From NCBI GenBank assembly GCA_037447605.1, contig CM074806.1, positions 868,001 to 932,000 on the forward strand: a stretch of 64,000 nt of DNA. The letters run 5' to 3'. Under the pieces are notes generated by a model. It was not told the origin of the DNA. It worked only from the letters and a program-made list of their open reading frames with translations, and made no database searches. Source of the stretch: Zygnema circumcarinatum SAG 698-1b (taxonomy: Eukaryota; Plantae; Zygnematophyceae). The translations under genes and the position numbers were made by a program. Position 1 is the stretch's first letter; every line of letters starts with the position of its first letter. Below are positions 1-17,133 of the stretch, one piece after another.

Positions 1-197
1 TAGAGTGTGTAGGGCTGGTCATGGGGAGAGGTGTCCATAGGGGGGCCACTTTTCTGAGACGGTTCAGAAATCTCTGGGTAAGGGGTTGACTGAATTAGGC
101 GGCTCCCAGCTCTTGGCTGGGACACTACAAAGTATTTTGAGGGCTTCGGGTTTTGGCTGTCGGCGGGTACGTCATTGATCAAGACCTGAAGGGCCTG

Positions 198-844
198 CTA
201 GAGCCCCGGGGTCTCCTCTAAGATGTCGCATGCAGATTCGTTGGTCATAACATCCTTCAACACGTCGCTGGCTAAAATTATGCACTCATCATCCTCTGTT
301 CTCTCTGTATATGTCACTTCAGGTACAGTCTAATCACGTTATAGTGACACTGTTTATAAGAACAGCATGGATATACTGACTTTTTTTCCGGGAACGGAAT
401 TGCACCACTGCAGATCCTGCGCCAGTAGTGACGCCATTACGGATATAATGACGTTGAAAAACCCTGATTGTTACTATATATTCATAATGTCGATATTATC
501 CACCCACGTATTGGAATATGCGTTACAAATATATTACGACCGTACACATTATCGAATAATATCGTCAGATATCGACTTGACCGTATATATCAACTTATCC
601 GTACATATGCTCACTAGGGTTCGTACACACCTACCCACGTGACGATTGCCCAAAAAGTACAATGTACGGTATCAAAGTAGTACGGATATACCGCAAAAAC
701 ATATGTAATAACATTGTTACTATAAATGTGAAATGACAAACGGGTCATTACCGATATAGTGACACAAATGTGTGGGGACCGACACAGTCACTATAACGTG
801 ATTAGACTGTATAGCAATAGCGTAAAGCTTTGAATATCTGTCCC
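198..844 (-). pseudogene. PP2C (clade A/ABI1-like) phosphatase exon, degenerate and interrupted by a MITE
   Basis: An AG acceptor lies at 845-846. Removing 326-809 plus one TA gives GDRYSKLYAIAIPEVTYTERTEDDECIILASDVLKDVMTNESACDI, which matches the PP2C motif GDRYLKP..PEVT..R..DDECLILASDGLWDVM.NE.AC. The DGxW motif is degraded and a stop follows at 198-200. Confidence 0.7.
326..809. mobile_element. Tc1/mariner-type (pogo/Stowaway-like) MITE, 484 bp
   Basis: Perfect 23-bp TIR CAGTCTAATCACGTTATAGTGAC at 326-348 and 787-809; TA TSD at 324-325 and 810-811. Confidence 0.92.
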
Positions 845-2336
845 CTGCAATTCCAGGAATCCGTCCACAGCATATAGTCAGGCACAATCCCTCTAGTTGT
901 GCCTTCACGAGTAGAGAACACATACAATGTCCATCTATCATCGTCTGGCGGTTTTCCATTGTGCGACCGACTACCCATCCATCTGATTACATCACGATGC
1001 GCAGGTGCCCTCCATACAAAGTTGAGAGCCACAATACCAAATGTCACTGTACTACATGCATCCATTTGGCATTGGAATCTGGGTCGGTACTCGAGGCCCT
1101 TCTTTCGTTTCGTACAAAATTTCAACCACACGCTTACAGGGGAGAAAAGTTCCTCGCTAAACCTTTCGCCGTTCAGATCAGTTCACTTGAATTGAACAAT
1201 CCGATTACTAAGACGTGTTCGCAGACAGTGGTGGTTTGGTCTTTTCCAATGTCATGTCCGGAAGTGGAGTCAGCGAGATGCGCTTATTTGCCTTCCTTCT
1301 TTCGCAGCATGGTCTCAAAACAAGTCATTACTGTCATACCTTTAAACCCCCCCACATGCAAGTGGCGGCTGACTTTCTTTACAGCATGTGTTCTGCATAT
1401 GATCTGGAGGCGACTTGCCAGCATTATTTCTTTGAGTAAATCTCCATTTCCAAAGTATCCCACCCCCCCATAAACTAACACCACTGAATACATTTTAGAC
1501 TTTTTTAACACCGATTACATCCATACAGTAGACCAAACCAAAATTCCAACCAATTATAGTCACAAATGCAATGAACAAACAAACCGATCAGTTCCCCTCC
1601 GTTAAAGCCTTTATTTAAAAAGAATAAGGATGTAAAACATAAGCTGTACACCAAAAGTCACTACATCCACAACTTTCAACAAGAGATAGTCATCATCCTT
1701 AAGGCTCTCTCAACGTTTCCTGTCTCCTTTCTGGAGCAGCGAAACTACGCATAGGGGGAAGTGGCGGCTATCAGATTCTGAACACTCCAACAACGACGGC
1801 CTTATCTATGGAAGCATTGAAACTAAAACGGTCTGTTCAAGGGCTGATAGCATCCACAAATCAATCAATAAAGTTGACTCAAGCTAAGCTTGGACTTCGA
1901 GCCGTCTCGATTTGACTCAAACAAAAAGACGAATGTTCTGTGAACACTGCGCCCTCAATGTCTCTGTTCACAGTTTCTGTGAGAGACCAGCAACAGCGTT
2001 CCTTATTCAGTCGACCTAAAAAAATAGAAAGCGACTCTGAATGCCCGCTAATGCACCCTTCTATCCCTCCAATCTTTTTCCTCAAAAAAAAATGGACAAC
2101 CGTCCTTTGCATAACTCAATGTCTAAGTATTATACGGGCTTACTCGAGCCCAGAAATGATCAATGGTGGCTCTCTTCGAAAGCTCGTCGTAGGCCTGCGG
2201 CATTATTCTCTGACATAATAATAAACAGAGAGGGAGAACCATGGGGAAGGAATCCATGCAAATAGAGGTAAACAGACAAACCGAGGGTTCGGCTCTGGCC
2301 TTGCCGGCAACTTCCAATATTCAGCAAGGTCTTGAA

Positions 2337-3917
2337 CTACCGCTTTTTAGAGGCAACACCTCGAGCTATATGGCTATGTGTTGACAGCCATCGCTTCAAG
2401 GAGCTCAGCATCCCCTTCCTCCCTTTTGCCCTCTCGTGCTGTCCCTCCAGCTGCTGCTCCGACAACACAGGGCCTGACATCGTGATAAGTTGGGAGACAG
2501 GCCGGCGAGGAGAAGGTTCGTCTGTAGAACTTGGAACACTTCGACTATTAGAAAAGGGAGAGAAACGCGCATTGCCCCCCTTCCTGTTGCCCCCCCTCCT
2601 TGCCCAATCAAAGTTTCCAAAAGGTCTCCTTGCACGATGCAGCTGATCTCCTGCTTGCGACTCAACAGTTTGCCTTCCAGAACTCTCAAGATTCGAATCT
2701 GGAGGAGACAAAGTAATAAAACATTCGATGAAAGCACCAATCAGAAAGCTGTCAATGATAGCATATGTTCAAACGCACAACAAGCAACCAGAAAAACTCA
2801 ACGTGTGACCTTCTCTGACTCTCTTTCTCTCACTCACTCACTCACTCACTCACTCACACAAACGGACATCCGCAGAAGTCTACTTACAGCTTTCCTGTGG
2901 AAGCGGACCACTTTGAAGGAGGCCCCTTGTTTTGCAGTCGCAGTTTCTAACAGCCTCTACGGGCGAACCGACAGTCCATCCCCGACCGGAGAAAATTTCC
3001 GCTGCATCAGTCCAGATTTCAGAGCTTTCTGAAGCATTACAACATCTTCCTTCACTTGCAGACACTCTGAAACCAGAGAACCGGTCAGACAGCCATCCAC
3101 TGTGTGTGATCGCCGTCGATGGCTCTAACGTCGCTTGCAGATCCGTTGAATAAAGGGAGACGTGGGCGGGAGAGAGCCGAGACGAGCCCACAAAGAGATC
3201 AATGTCTATGCCGTATTTATCAAAATTTGACCACTCCGAATGCTCATCAGCCGCGGCTGTTGCTTGCACTCCCTCCGAGAAGGCGGCTATTTCATCTTCC
3301 TCCTCTCCGTCATCTATCTCTACTGATGAATAATTGTGCCATCTCATGGAAGGAAGCGAAGAAATGCTCCCCTCCAAAAACTCTCCTCGTAAAGAATTCA
3401 TACCCCACGAATCGGAACTGTCAAAGGCTCCTTCTCCCTCGCTTGGACCGCTCCTCCGCTGATGCCCGCTTTCCTCAGAACCCCTCAGGTTCTTTGTTTC
3501 TTTCATGGCAGCCATGGCGCCCGCTTGACGATCGCAGAAGGTGTCACAAAACGCTTTCTGTTCCTCTGCCCTTTCTTCGCTTGCTTGCTCTGCCCCTGTG
3601 GAGCAGAACCAGACGGACTCTGAGTGGGAGCGGGGAGACAAGGAGGGAGTGAGCTGCGGAGAAGAGTCGCTACTTGAGCCCGGGCAGAAGAGCACAGTCT
3701 TTGGTGACATGAGCTGAGCACATGTACACGAACTCACTCCTCCCCCTCCCTCTCCCTCTCCCTCTTGCTCCCTCGCTACAGTTTCAAGATTCAATATGGT
3801 GTCAGCGAGCTGCTGCACATCCATGGCCCGCCTTGACTGCAGCTCCTTCCAAGGCCCAATGCCCTGGAGAGAGCTGGTCAGAGTGCAGGCCCTTGCAGGA
3901 GCGGCAGCGAGGCCCAA
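2337..3917 (-). CDS. Low-complexity Ser/Glu-rich protein, 5' exons; possibly the N-terminal part of the PP2C-like gene
   Basis: 345-aa ORF 2880-3917 with a likely GTAAG donor at ~2887, and a 124-aa ORF 2337-2711 downstream. A CT-rich leader and GC-rich promoter-like region lie upstream. No recognisable domain. Confidence 0.45.
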
Positions 3918-4059
3918 TGCGGCTCAAAGAGGGGCCTGGAAGCATGTCCCTCCCTCGCGCTGCGCGGGACAAAGTGGAGGACGAGAGGGCGCAACACACG
4001 CAACCAGGGGAGAACGAGAGAGGAGCCAACGGCGCGATAGAAGCAGCCGGGGGGGGCGA

Positions 4060-4200
4060 GAAAAAGAGAGAGAGAGAGGAGGGGGGGGAGGAGGAAAGAG
4101 GAAGGCAATGGGGGGGTAGGGAAAGGAGGAGAGGGAGAGGGAGAGGGAGAGGGAGGGAGAGGGAGAGGGAGAGGGAGAGGGAGGGAGAGTCGGAGGGAGA
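4060..4200. repeat. Polypurine (GA/GGGAGA)n tract in the putative 5' UTR/promoter
   Basis: Run of GGGAGA hexamers and GA dinucleotides. Confidence 0.8.
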
Positions 4201-5799
4201 GGCCGGCAGAGGTTCCGCGCGGAGCGGAGCGGCTTCTCCCCAGGGCCGCCCTGCGGGCCGCGTGGCGCAAGTGGGCCTCGCGGAGTACTCCTTCCGCGTT
4301 ATGCCACTCGCGGGCGCAGTACTCGCTTCGCCAGTCGGCCGTACGTGGTTCCCGGGCCGTGCGGTTTGGCGCCGGGCGGCGGCGGAAAGCGGGGGCGCTA
4401 GGCGACAAAGTGCAGGGGGGCGGGAGGGCTTGGCGCGTAGCGGCAAGTTGGGGGCCCGGGCGGGCGATTCGTCCCCGGGCAGTACGAGGGCGCGGATGCA
4501 GACAAAAGTTCGTACGAATGCGGATTCGGAGGGAGATTGTTGCCGGCTTTGATTGGCGGCAGGCGGGCGCAGGGAGGGCGCGCATTTGATTTCAGGGAAT
4601 CGTAACGAATTTCTGAAGGGGTGGAATCCGTTGGAATAAGTGGGTGGAACCGCTAATGAGAGGATGCCACGTCGGATTCAGGGAGCCCGTGGACGTATTG
4701 TATTGGCTAACAGATGTACTTTTTAAGGCCGTACAGATTTAGCCCACTGTGTGCCGTACCAAGCCACTATGACCGCCTCACGACAAGTAGTTGTACGGCG
4801 AATCGGCGGCTGGGCGTATCTGTACGGCGGATCCCGTGAGCCGCCGTCTGCTGCAGAGGTCCACTGTTGAATTACCGGATCAACTTGGCGGTGCAGCGTC
4901 GACATAGGAAGATTTTTCCATACGATTTGATGGTTGACCAGACGATCGCGGCTTGATCCAGAATCCAAACGGGTTCAACGTACCCTCGCCGGAAAATCAA
5001 CCTTTTCCAGGAAGCCGCCGGCGAACCGCCGGATGTGACGCGCGTACGGACAAGATGGCGCGACCTTACGTAACGCCTTTGGGCCGAACAGCGACGGAAA
5101 GGGAGATTTTGGCAATGATGAGGCGTACGAATAGGGGGCCACGGGCGGGCGACCCCCGGCTGAGCGACGGACGGTTGTACGAAAGCGGGAGCGGCCGACT
5201 GACGGGAAACTTCGGCGGACGCAAAAATGATGTCATCCATCCTTTGGGTCGTAGATTCGGGTTCAATACGATACGGGTCCCAGGGGTCGCTTCGGATTTG
5301 GCGGACCTTCTGTACGGACGCGCTACGCCGCTTGGGAGATAAACATTGGTTAATTCGCCGAGTTAAGAACTGAACTGTGGACACTGCGGAGTGGATCAGG
5401 GCTGCCGCAAACGGTTGGCCCGGCTGCCAGGGGTCCACCACGAGCTCAAAACGAGGCATTCAAAATTCCGCAAGTGTCAACTTCGAGCCTGGGTGTGCGA
5501 AACGCGGATCGGCGTGATCCCAGCCGTCGGATACTCCAAGAGCCGACGCGACATCGAGATTTCACCTCGAAATTTTTTTGCCCGGTGCCTCTTCCTTTGT
5601 CCAAATGTTGATCAGGTTCAGAGTGAGGTCCACCTTGAACCTGTCCGCAAAAAGAGACTTTTTTAAAAAACAAAAATGAATAGTCGATGCCATTCGGACG
5701 TTCGATTTTAAGTTTGTTCTATTTTTTAAATTTCGCAATAGTTATTGTCATTTTAGTCCCAAACACCTCGGTGGTACGGCACTGTGGGGCTGGGCGCGG

Positions 5800-5975
5800 C
5801 CTGATGGCCACGTGGCACAAGCTGCTGGACGTGCCCGCCCACGGCCACGTGGGAGATCGGGGCCGTATGTACGAATGATCTGAGGGCCGTACGAACGCCA
5901 CTATGTGAGCCACGTGGCGGAACTGTGACATCATTTCTATGTGCCGGCACGTGGCCAAGGGGTCACGTCACGCCG
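5800..5975. promoter_or_regulatory. Cluster of G-box/ABRE-like elements
   Basis: CACGTG at ~5809, 5846, 5911 and 5948, in GCCACGTGG-type context, within ~170 bp. Confidence 0.45.
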
Positions 5976-6285
5976 GCCTGGCTAGTCGGCTAGGATGGCT
6001 TCCATGGAGGACTTGGGTTTCATGCCGCAGTCGGACAATGTCGGGGGCCTTCCGCTGCATGGCCGACGGGTACATGCATGGGAACTGGGCGAGGTAGGGT
6101 AGTTGGCGTAGGGCTCACAATGGCGATCACATGTGCGTGGAACGCAGAAGTCACAAATGACCTGGGCTTTGAGTCAACAAGTTCAACTAATGCACTTACC
6201 TCCCAATTGGGAGGTTGGTCTTAGCCCAACTCTTAACTCTATATGTGCTTAGGTAACGAATCACCGCCTTACACAAAATTGTCCC

Positions 6286-9200
6286 TTATTCGAACATCGG
6301 AGGTGGCGAATTCCTCAAGTTCTTTGACAAGGGAATTCGGCCATACACCTCCAAAGCCTCCTTCCATAAGCCCCCATTCTGTAGCGCCCTTACGACAACT
6401 GCATATGTGGCCACGGTGGGCATGACTCCTCTCTCCTCCATTTCATAAAAAAGTCGAAGCGCCTCTTTTGGCCGGCCTCCCCCGTCGCATGCTCCAATCG
6501 CCATGTTGTACGCCTCCACTCCGGGTTCTCTTTGGCCCAAAGCCATGGGAGCCCCCTTGGAAGCTTTGGACTCCAAGGTCCGCCTAAGGCTTGTACGGAA
6601 CTCGTCCATGATGTAAAGCGCATGCTGCCATGCGCCAGTCATCTGGAAGGGCCCAAGGCACAATCGTAAGCCCATCGCGAAAGACATCATGAACATCGTT
6701 TGGGAGAATTTGGAATCCTGTCTTAGAGACAGAAAGTATGCTTTAAGTCAATCACTTGAACTTTTTTAGGAGACAGGAGGCAACGCTTTTGAACAGTAAT
6801 GGCAGAAGTGGCGGAAAGTAAGCCAGAGAGCAGAATAGGAGGGTCAATTAGGACCTCCTCTACCCCCCCCACTTCCCCTTCCCCGTCCACCCCCCCCCCC
6901 CCCCCCTTACTTTCGCTCTCCCTCTCTCCCTATCTTCTTGTTCCCTCTCTCTCACTCTGGCTTTCTCTGTCAGAGTCTCACCTCGCAGCCTCGTAGCAAC
7001 CCTAGGAAGGTCTGTGCCCATGGCTCCACGCCGTCCTCCAGCATGTGATGGTACATGGCCATGGCGGCATCCATGTCCTTTCCGGCCACACATGCGCCAA
7101 TCACTTTCGCATACCAGAAGCCGACATAGGGCCCGCTCCAAAGGCCCTCTGACTTGGCACTCTCATACAGGTCCAGGGCCTCTCCCACCAGACCTGAAGC
7201 TTCCAGTGCTGGCAGATAGGCCTACACAGATTCATACATTCAACTTCAAAACTCAGCACAATTTCAACCATCGGATAGGCAAGTACAAAATGTATTGAAC
7301 CTGATAAAGACCCCAATAAGAGCACGCTGACATGGAGAAACAGGAAATGTACCGAGATTGTGGCTCCATCGGTCCTTAATCCCGCCTGTATCATCCGGCT
7401 GTAAACTTCAGTGGCTCTCATCCCTTGCCCGCAACGGCCACATATTTTGAGCATTATGTTGAAGGTTACTTGGTCTGCCCGCAGGCCCTGCCGGTGGAGC
7501 TCTGCAAAAAGTTCCATTGCTGTTCTCATATCGCGCTGTGCAGCACACGCATTCAGAAGCACATTGAACGTCTGTACCTGCCGATTCCCAAGATTCAGCT
7601 TTCCCAGTGTGAACACATCTTCTCTGATGGAACAGAGTCGTGATTAACAATCAGATTCGAGGTCAGTACAAGGGGCTGTTGGAGATGGGCAAGAATGGAA
7701 AGGGAAAAGGAGAGGGAGTGGGAAGGAAGGGGCGTCAGAAACCAAGCAGGAAAGGATGAGAGTTTCTGGGATGGTTTTGTCACTTTTAAGGCTTACCTCC
7801 AGTTGGACACCTCGCTCCTGCATAGTCTTGAAGAGCTGTAGCGCCTGCTGTAGCTGCCGATCCTTTCCCAAGGCGTCCAACATCGTGTTGTAGCTCACTA
7901 TGGTCGCCTTGCAGCTGCCATTACCCTTGCGATCCACTCGGCCCCAACCATTTCATTTTCGTGTAAAATCATAGGGTTTTCTACTGAACCCATCACTAGG
8001 TGCTGGGCATGGATGCAAAATGAAAAAAACACGAAGTCTCCATGCATGGAGAAAACTGCTCTATCTATGGCCTTTTGAACGATTGAGATGACCCCACCGA
8101 AGCACCTTACATTCTCCGCCTACACTTGTGAGAGAACATCAGCCCTACCACCTAACCTCTCAAAGATAGTTCGTTCATTCATGATAGCAGTCTGTCTCTT
8201 TGTTTTGTTCGGCTCAGTGTTTCCCTTCACCCCCCCCCCATAAGAAGAGAGCAGAGAGGCAGCGCACCCTTGAGCTTCCATCGCCTTCCAACAACTCTGA
8301 ACCTCCTGCAGCCGGTTGGCCTTTGCAAAGGCAGCCATGGCTGCATTGTAAAGAGCAGCATCAAGCACAAGGCCTCTCTCTCCGGCCCTTTCCAATAGCG
8401 CCAAAGCGCGGTCCGGTTTATCCGCATCCGCATACACCATAACGACCTCCGTAAAAGTCATCTTGGAAGGAGCAAGCTTCGCTTCCTCCATCTTCCCGAA
8501 AAACTCGAGAGCCTGCGAAGAAACCCTAACTTTTCCTTTAAGGAGTGTGGGTGGGAAAGCGGAGTCAGAGAGAAGCACAGAGAGCATGTCTACGACTACC
8601 TTATTTATGAGACTACAAGGAGAAACCGAATACTTTATCTTCACACACAGAAGTTGGGAGTTCAAGCTTTGGTAGTGCATCGATCTCACGGAGGAGCACT
8701 GACCAGCTTCCACTGACCGGCCTTTCTGCAGACGCCAATAATCGCACCATATGTCACTTCGTTGGGGCACAAGCCTCTGCCTTGCATCCAATCCAAGGCC
8801 TCCATGGCAGCTTTCCATTGGCCGGTCTCCCGACACGCATTCAGATATATGTTGTATGTCTGGACCTGCTTTTAACCACGCACTTTCAACCGTTTACTGT
8901 CTCCTCTTCTCTTTTCCTTTTCGGAACAGAAAAACTGGCCACCTTCTCTTTCTTTCTCCTCTAAATGTTAAGGCAAGGGTGCAAGCGTGAATCATCCACC
9001 AAACGACTGTATACAGATTCAAGTTGAGGCATCCCATCACTGTAAACTCCTCATGTCTTTGTTTCTGTGAGAGAACGTCAGAAGTGACCAGGGGGAAGCG
9101 AGAGAGGGAGGGGGAGGTTGGGAAAGTGGGGTGAGTGAGAAAGGTGGGGCAGAGGAAGAAAGAGAGAGAGGGAGGGAGAGAGAGAGAGAGAGAGACTCAC

Positions 9201-11774
9201 CTTGGGTTTTGCTACTTTGCTCGCTTGAAGCAATAAAAGTACTTCCCTGGCCTTCTCCCAATGCCCTGCCCGGCCCAGCGCCTGCATCACCACAGAGGCC
9301 GCATACTCCGACAAAAGATGTCTCCCATTCATTGCTTCCAGATAAGCCTCGCACCTCCTCCACTGCCCTGCCTTACTGCATGCCTCGATTACCTGAACAT
9401 CAGAAGGAGAGAGAGAGGAGGAAGGGGAGAGAGGGGAGGCCACGTAATCGAAGTGTGAATAAAGGTGTGAGAACGGAAAGGCATGCAAGTTGGACAGAAG
9501 GCAGGCAGGGTAGGAAGAAAAACTCAATGATTCCAAGTTACAAGAAACGGACAACTGAACATATATGCAGAGGAGGAGGAGAAGCCAAGAGGCGATAGAG
9601 GAAGACTGAGATTCTCGACGGAGGAAGAAAAATGCGAGATGTGCGCAGACACACTCAATTAGTAAAGAGGGCGAGAGTGGTCGACATCACTAACTCTGGT
9701 AAAACTAATGTAGTCAGGAGTGAGCCCTTCTTGCACCATAATCTCCAGCAGGCCCTCGGCCTTCCTCCAGTCGCCCATGGATGCATATGCCCTCAATAAT
9801 GTATTGAAACTCGCAATGTCAGCAACCGGAGAATTGTGCCCAAGCAACCCTCTACTCTCACTGCTTTTTACTAGACCAGCTGCAGCCGTTCTATCACAAG
9901 ATAAAGGAGACTTTTCTGTACTTGTGGTTGCTCCATACTTTTTATTCTGTACATCAGTTTCCGCTTCTCTACTCCCATCCATTTTTTTTTCCCGATCACC
10001 TTTTTCTGCTCCGTTCAGTGTGCTCAGTGCTCCGTTTCCTTCCTCTCCCACTTCTCCCTTTCCCTCCTCTATAACTGTGACTTCTGGAGCCCTTCTCAGG
10101 CTGCCGTTTCTGCTCCCCTTTCTCCTCATCTTGTCCAGCAGAATTTCAGCCTCTCTCACCTTTCCTCCCTCACAATACGCCAAAAGCAATACATTATAAG
10201 TCACGACATCTGCTTTGAGTCCCCTCTTCTCCATAAATTCCATGAGTTTCAGCGACAGGTTAAGCTCCCGTCCCTTTGCCAAAATGCTCAACACGTGGGT
10301 GTAGAGATCCTTCATGAACTCTGGCCTCTCTTTGACCCCTCGCTCTCCGCTCTCAGCCTCCCTTCTTTCTCTACCTCCAGCTCCGTCTGCGCCCGAAGAA
10401 GGTTCTGTTGATCTAACAAAGACATTTGAATAATTCGTCCCTTTAGCTGCCGGATTTTCTGACAATCTCCAATGCATATTTTCGAAGGCGACTAGAACAT
10501 TCAAAGCGAGCTTCGCACGACCTCTGGCTGAGAGCTCCTGCAGAAACATTTCAACGTTAGGTTTCAGCAACTGCGTGGCATATAGTAGCTATTCGATGTG
10601 CTTGACCCGGACTTTTTTTGGGCAAGCAGTGTCCAGATTGAAAGTGATTTCACTCACATTGATTAGCCTGACAAGAGCTCTAAAGACTTGCCCTTCGTGT
10701 GGCAATAGCAGGAGATGGTCAAGTAACATTGATTCCAACTCTCCTTCCCCCGCTGTCTCCATCGCTTGTAAAAGTGCTTGCATCTGCGGGCACCTAGCCA
10801 AAAGTTTTAAAAGATGGTTCGATAAACGGGGACTTTACAGTATTTAAACGATGTGGGAGACATAAACATAAAAGGATGAAATATTGTTCCGCATCATTCA
10901 GCTCGAAACCTATTAAGGTTTTAAAGTTTGGGGAACTTCAAGGTCAGAAAAAAGAAAACTCACGTAGTCAGGCTGCTCTCACCTCATTAGATGCTTTGGT
11001 TGTGTCACGCCTAAAGGGAGAATTTGCCTCCTCAGAGCCTCTGTAAGCGGTGCCTATCACTACTCCGGCTGTCACAGGACTTCTTTCTTTCTTGACATTT
11101 GGCTCTATTTTCATCTCTCTTTTCTTGAAAAGCTTCTGATTATTTCCATCCTTCCGATGCCCTAAAGACCTTGAAGCGCTTGAAGCAGACTCAAGGCCTG
11201 CTCTCTTCCAAACTCTCCGACGATAGCCCGCCCCTGTTTCCAGGCCTACTTCAAGCTCAACAGTGTCTTGATTTCTTGCATAAACGGCATCCTTATCGAA
11301 TTTCAAATTGACATACTCCTCTATTTTTGACCCATTTTTGTGACTTCCTTTCAAAATAGTGGCTGCCCCCTCTGAAATTGCCGACTCTTGAAGCAAATTT
11401 TCTTCAATGTCTGATTCCAAAGACTTCCCCTCCTCGCAAGAATCGGATGATTTCCGAGAAGCATGGCCGTGCCGAAAATCAGTAAACTCCCACTTGGAAG
11501 AAGCTCCCCCAGAGGTACCTTCAGAAGGCTCAGAAAGAGCAGAAATCAGAGTTCCTTTCAGCCCTTTCTTTTGAAGAGTCTGCAGAGTGCAGCCGCGGCG
11601 GGCGGATAAAGCCCCATACAGCTGCGACAAAGAAGCAGAAGCCGGTCTCCTGCCATGCCTGGAGACCCACAAAAACTGCACAACCCTACCCCCCCCCTCA
11701 TGGCCGAGCGCCCCGTGGCCGCAAGGGGAGGGCCGCAGGGAGTAGTGCCACGTGGACATCGTTGCAGGAGCCAT
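6286..11774 (-). CDS. P-class pentatricopeptide repeat (PPR) protein, multi-exon, probably organelle-targeted
   Basis: Successive minus-strand exons carry PPR motifs: DVVTYNVLLLAYCEGGKVREAEILLDKM, DIASFNTLLRAYASMGDWRKAEGLLEIM, IVSYNTMLDALGKDRQLQQALQLFKTM, VQTFNVLLNACAAQRDM, VEAYNMAIGACDGGGRPKEALRLFYEM. GT-AG introns are present and the N-terminus resembles a transit peptide. Internal boundaries are approximate. Confidence 0.9.
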
Positions 11775-12062
11775 GGACGGCGCACATGGCGGACCTCACA
11801 CGCGCGGGGCTGCAGGGCTCTCGCCGACTGCCACGTGTCCTGTCAAGGGCGGGGCGGGGGAGGGGGGGGGCGAGGGAGGAGCACAGGCCACGTGGCGGAA
11901 GGAGAAGGATTTCTGGCGGGGATGGCCTGAATGGGCGCCACGTGGAGGAACCTGGCGAGTTTCTGAGTGGCGGAGGCAATTATGACGTGGCAATAATTCA
12001 TGACGTGGACCAATCAGCAACGAGGAAGGAGTCAACGTGCTACATTTGGCCACGTGACGTGA
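11745..12062. promoter_or_regulatory. G-box/ACGT-element cluster in the divergent PPR/RecQ promoter
   Basis: At least five CACGTG and two TGACGTGG sites in ~320 bp. Confidence 0.5.
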
Positions 12063-12789
12063 TTTGATTGGCGAGGTCCATCCGGTTGCTTACAGTTCAA
12101 ACAAGGAACAACGTTTTTCAAGGACGGTTTGATGCTGATTGGTTTCAGAGAAGAGGTTGGATGGAATTTGAATGAGAACAGGTTCAAGAAATCTGAAGTT
12201 TGATTTTGAAGCTGCTCGAATACAGGAAGGACTCGTTGCTCCATTTTATCTTTTTATGTTTATTCTGTTGAACTTAAACTGAAGGAGAGATGTCCAGAAT
12301 TTGCACATGCAGTACTCATCTTTGGTTAGGAGATGGGATCATTCTGAGAGCAGATTTACCATCAGCATGTTTTCTCGACTTCAACTACATCAAGAGTTTT
12401 TAACAAAGGCAGTACCTTGACAGGTGGCAGTCTGCGACCGGTAGGTCATTTGTGACCGGTTCCTCGTGGTTCTCCATTCTGGTGTCTGTCCATGTACATT
12501 TGATGGCATCGCCATAGTGAGATTAACGCCAATTCATTTCTCTTTTCTGTTTTTTCGATGTTATTTATTGGATTACGAAACATGCCGTTACACTTTTCCC
12601 TGACATCTCCTTTCCTTTTGTCACGCTACCCTGAGGAGAGTGACCTTCTTTGGGAACAATTCCTGTGATTACTTCGAGTTGTAAGACTTGAATATTAAGC
12701 AGAGATGAGCGATTGGCTCATGAGAGGCTGCATTGCCATTGCAATGCATGCAGCCATATGCAGGTGGTCTGGTGCGACCTGCAGCAATT

Positions 12790-16540
<3,751 letters not shown>

Positions 16541-17133
16541 AAAGCTTGCAAAGCAGACTGGAGGGAGGAGGTTACGACAAGGAAAGCGAAAGGGAACAGG
16601 AAAGGCAGAGATGTTTTGATCTAGTTATGCGAACTCCAATTTTCTGTTTTCGTTTATCTTCCTTTTTATTGGGTTACTGTGTACAGAGAGGATGAATAAC
16701 TTTCAACAAAGAAAACAAAATCCCGAATATAGCATGCATCCCTCTGTCTATGAAATCGCATTCACTGCCAGCAATTAACGTATTAAAGTATTGAGAAGTT
16801 TCGAAGTTAACATACAAAAACCAACACGATAACAAACACGTTCATTAACAGGAACACGATCACCACCGGAACAGTGCTCTTGGCATCCAACGCCTTAGTT
16901 GTGCTTCGAATAAAGTGTGGTACAAGTACATGGTGTGCAGATGCAAAGGGTCCTCTCCAACCACAGAGCACAACCTGCCCAGAATTACCTCGCACAAGAA
17001 AAGCCATTGAGTTACATTATTTAAGTACTGGTGTCAAAGGCGTTACATTTTTGGTCCTACTTCTACTTTCGACCGCTCCAACCCAAATAGATTACATAAT
17101 AAGATCCACCGGCAGTAGGGCCGGTACTGCTGT

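Noticed and set aside
326-809. MITE acting as a spliceable introner
   Set aside because: Using the GT and AG inside the TIRs would leave 8 extra nt, causing a frameshift.
3722-5673. Overlapping GC-rich ORFs of 100-280 aa
   Set aside because: Low-complexity products of GC/GA-rich promoter-like DNA with no recognisable motifs.
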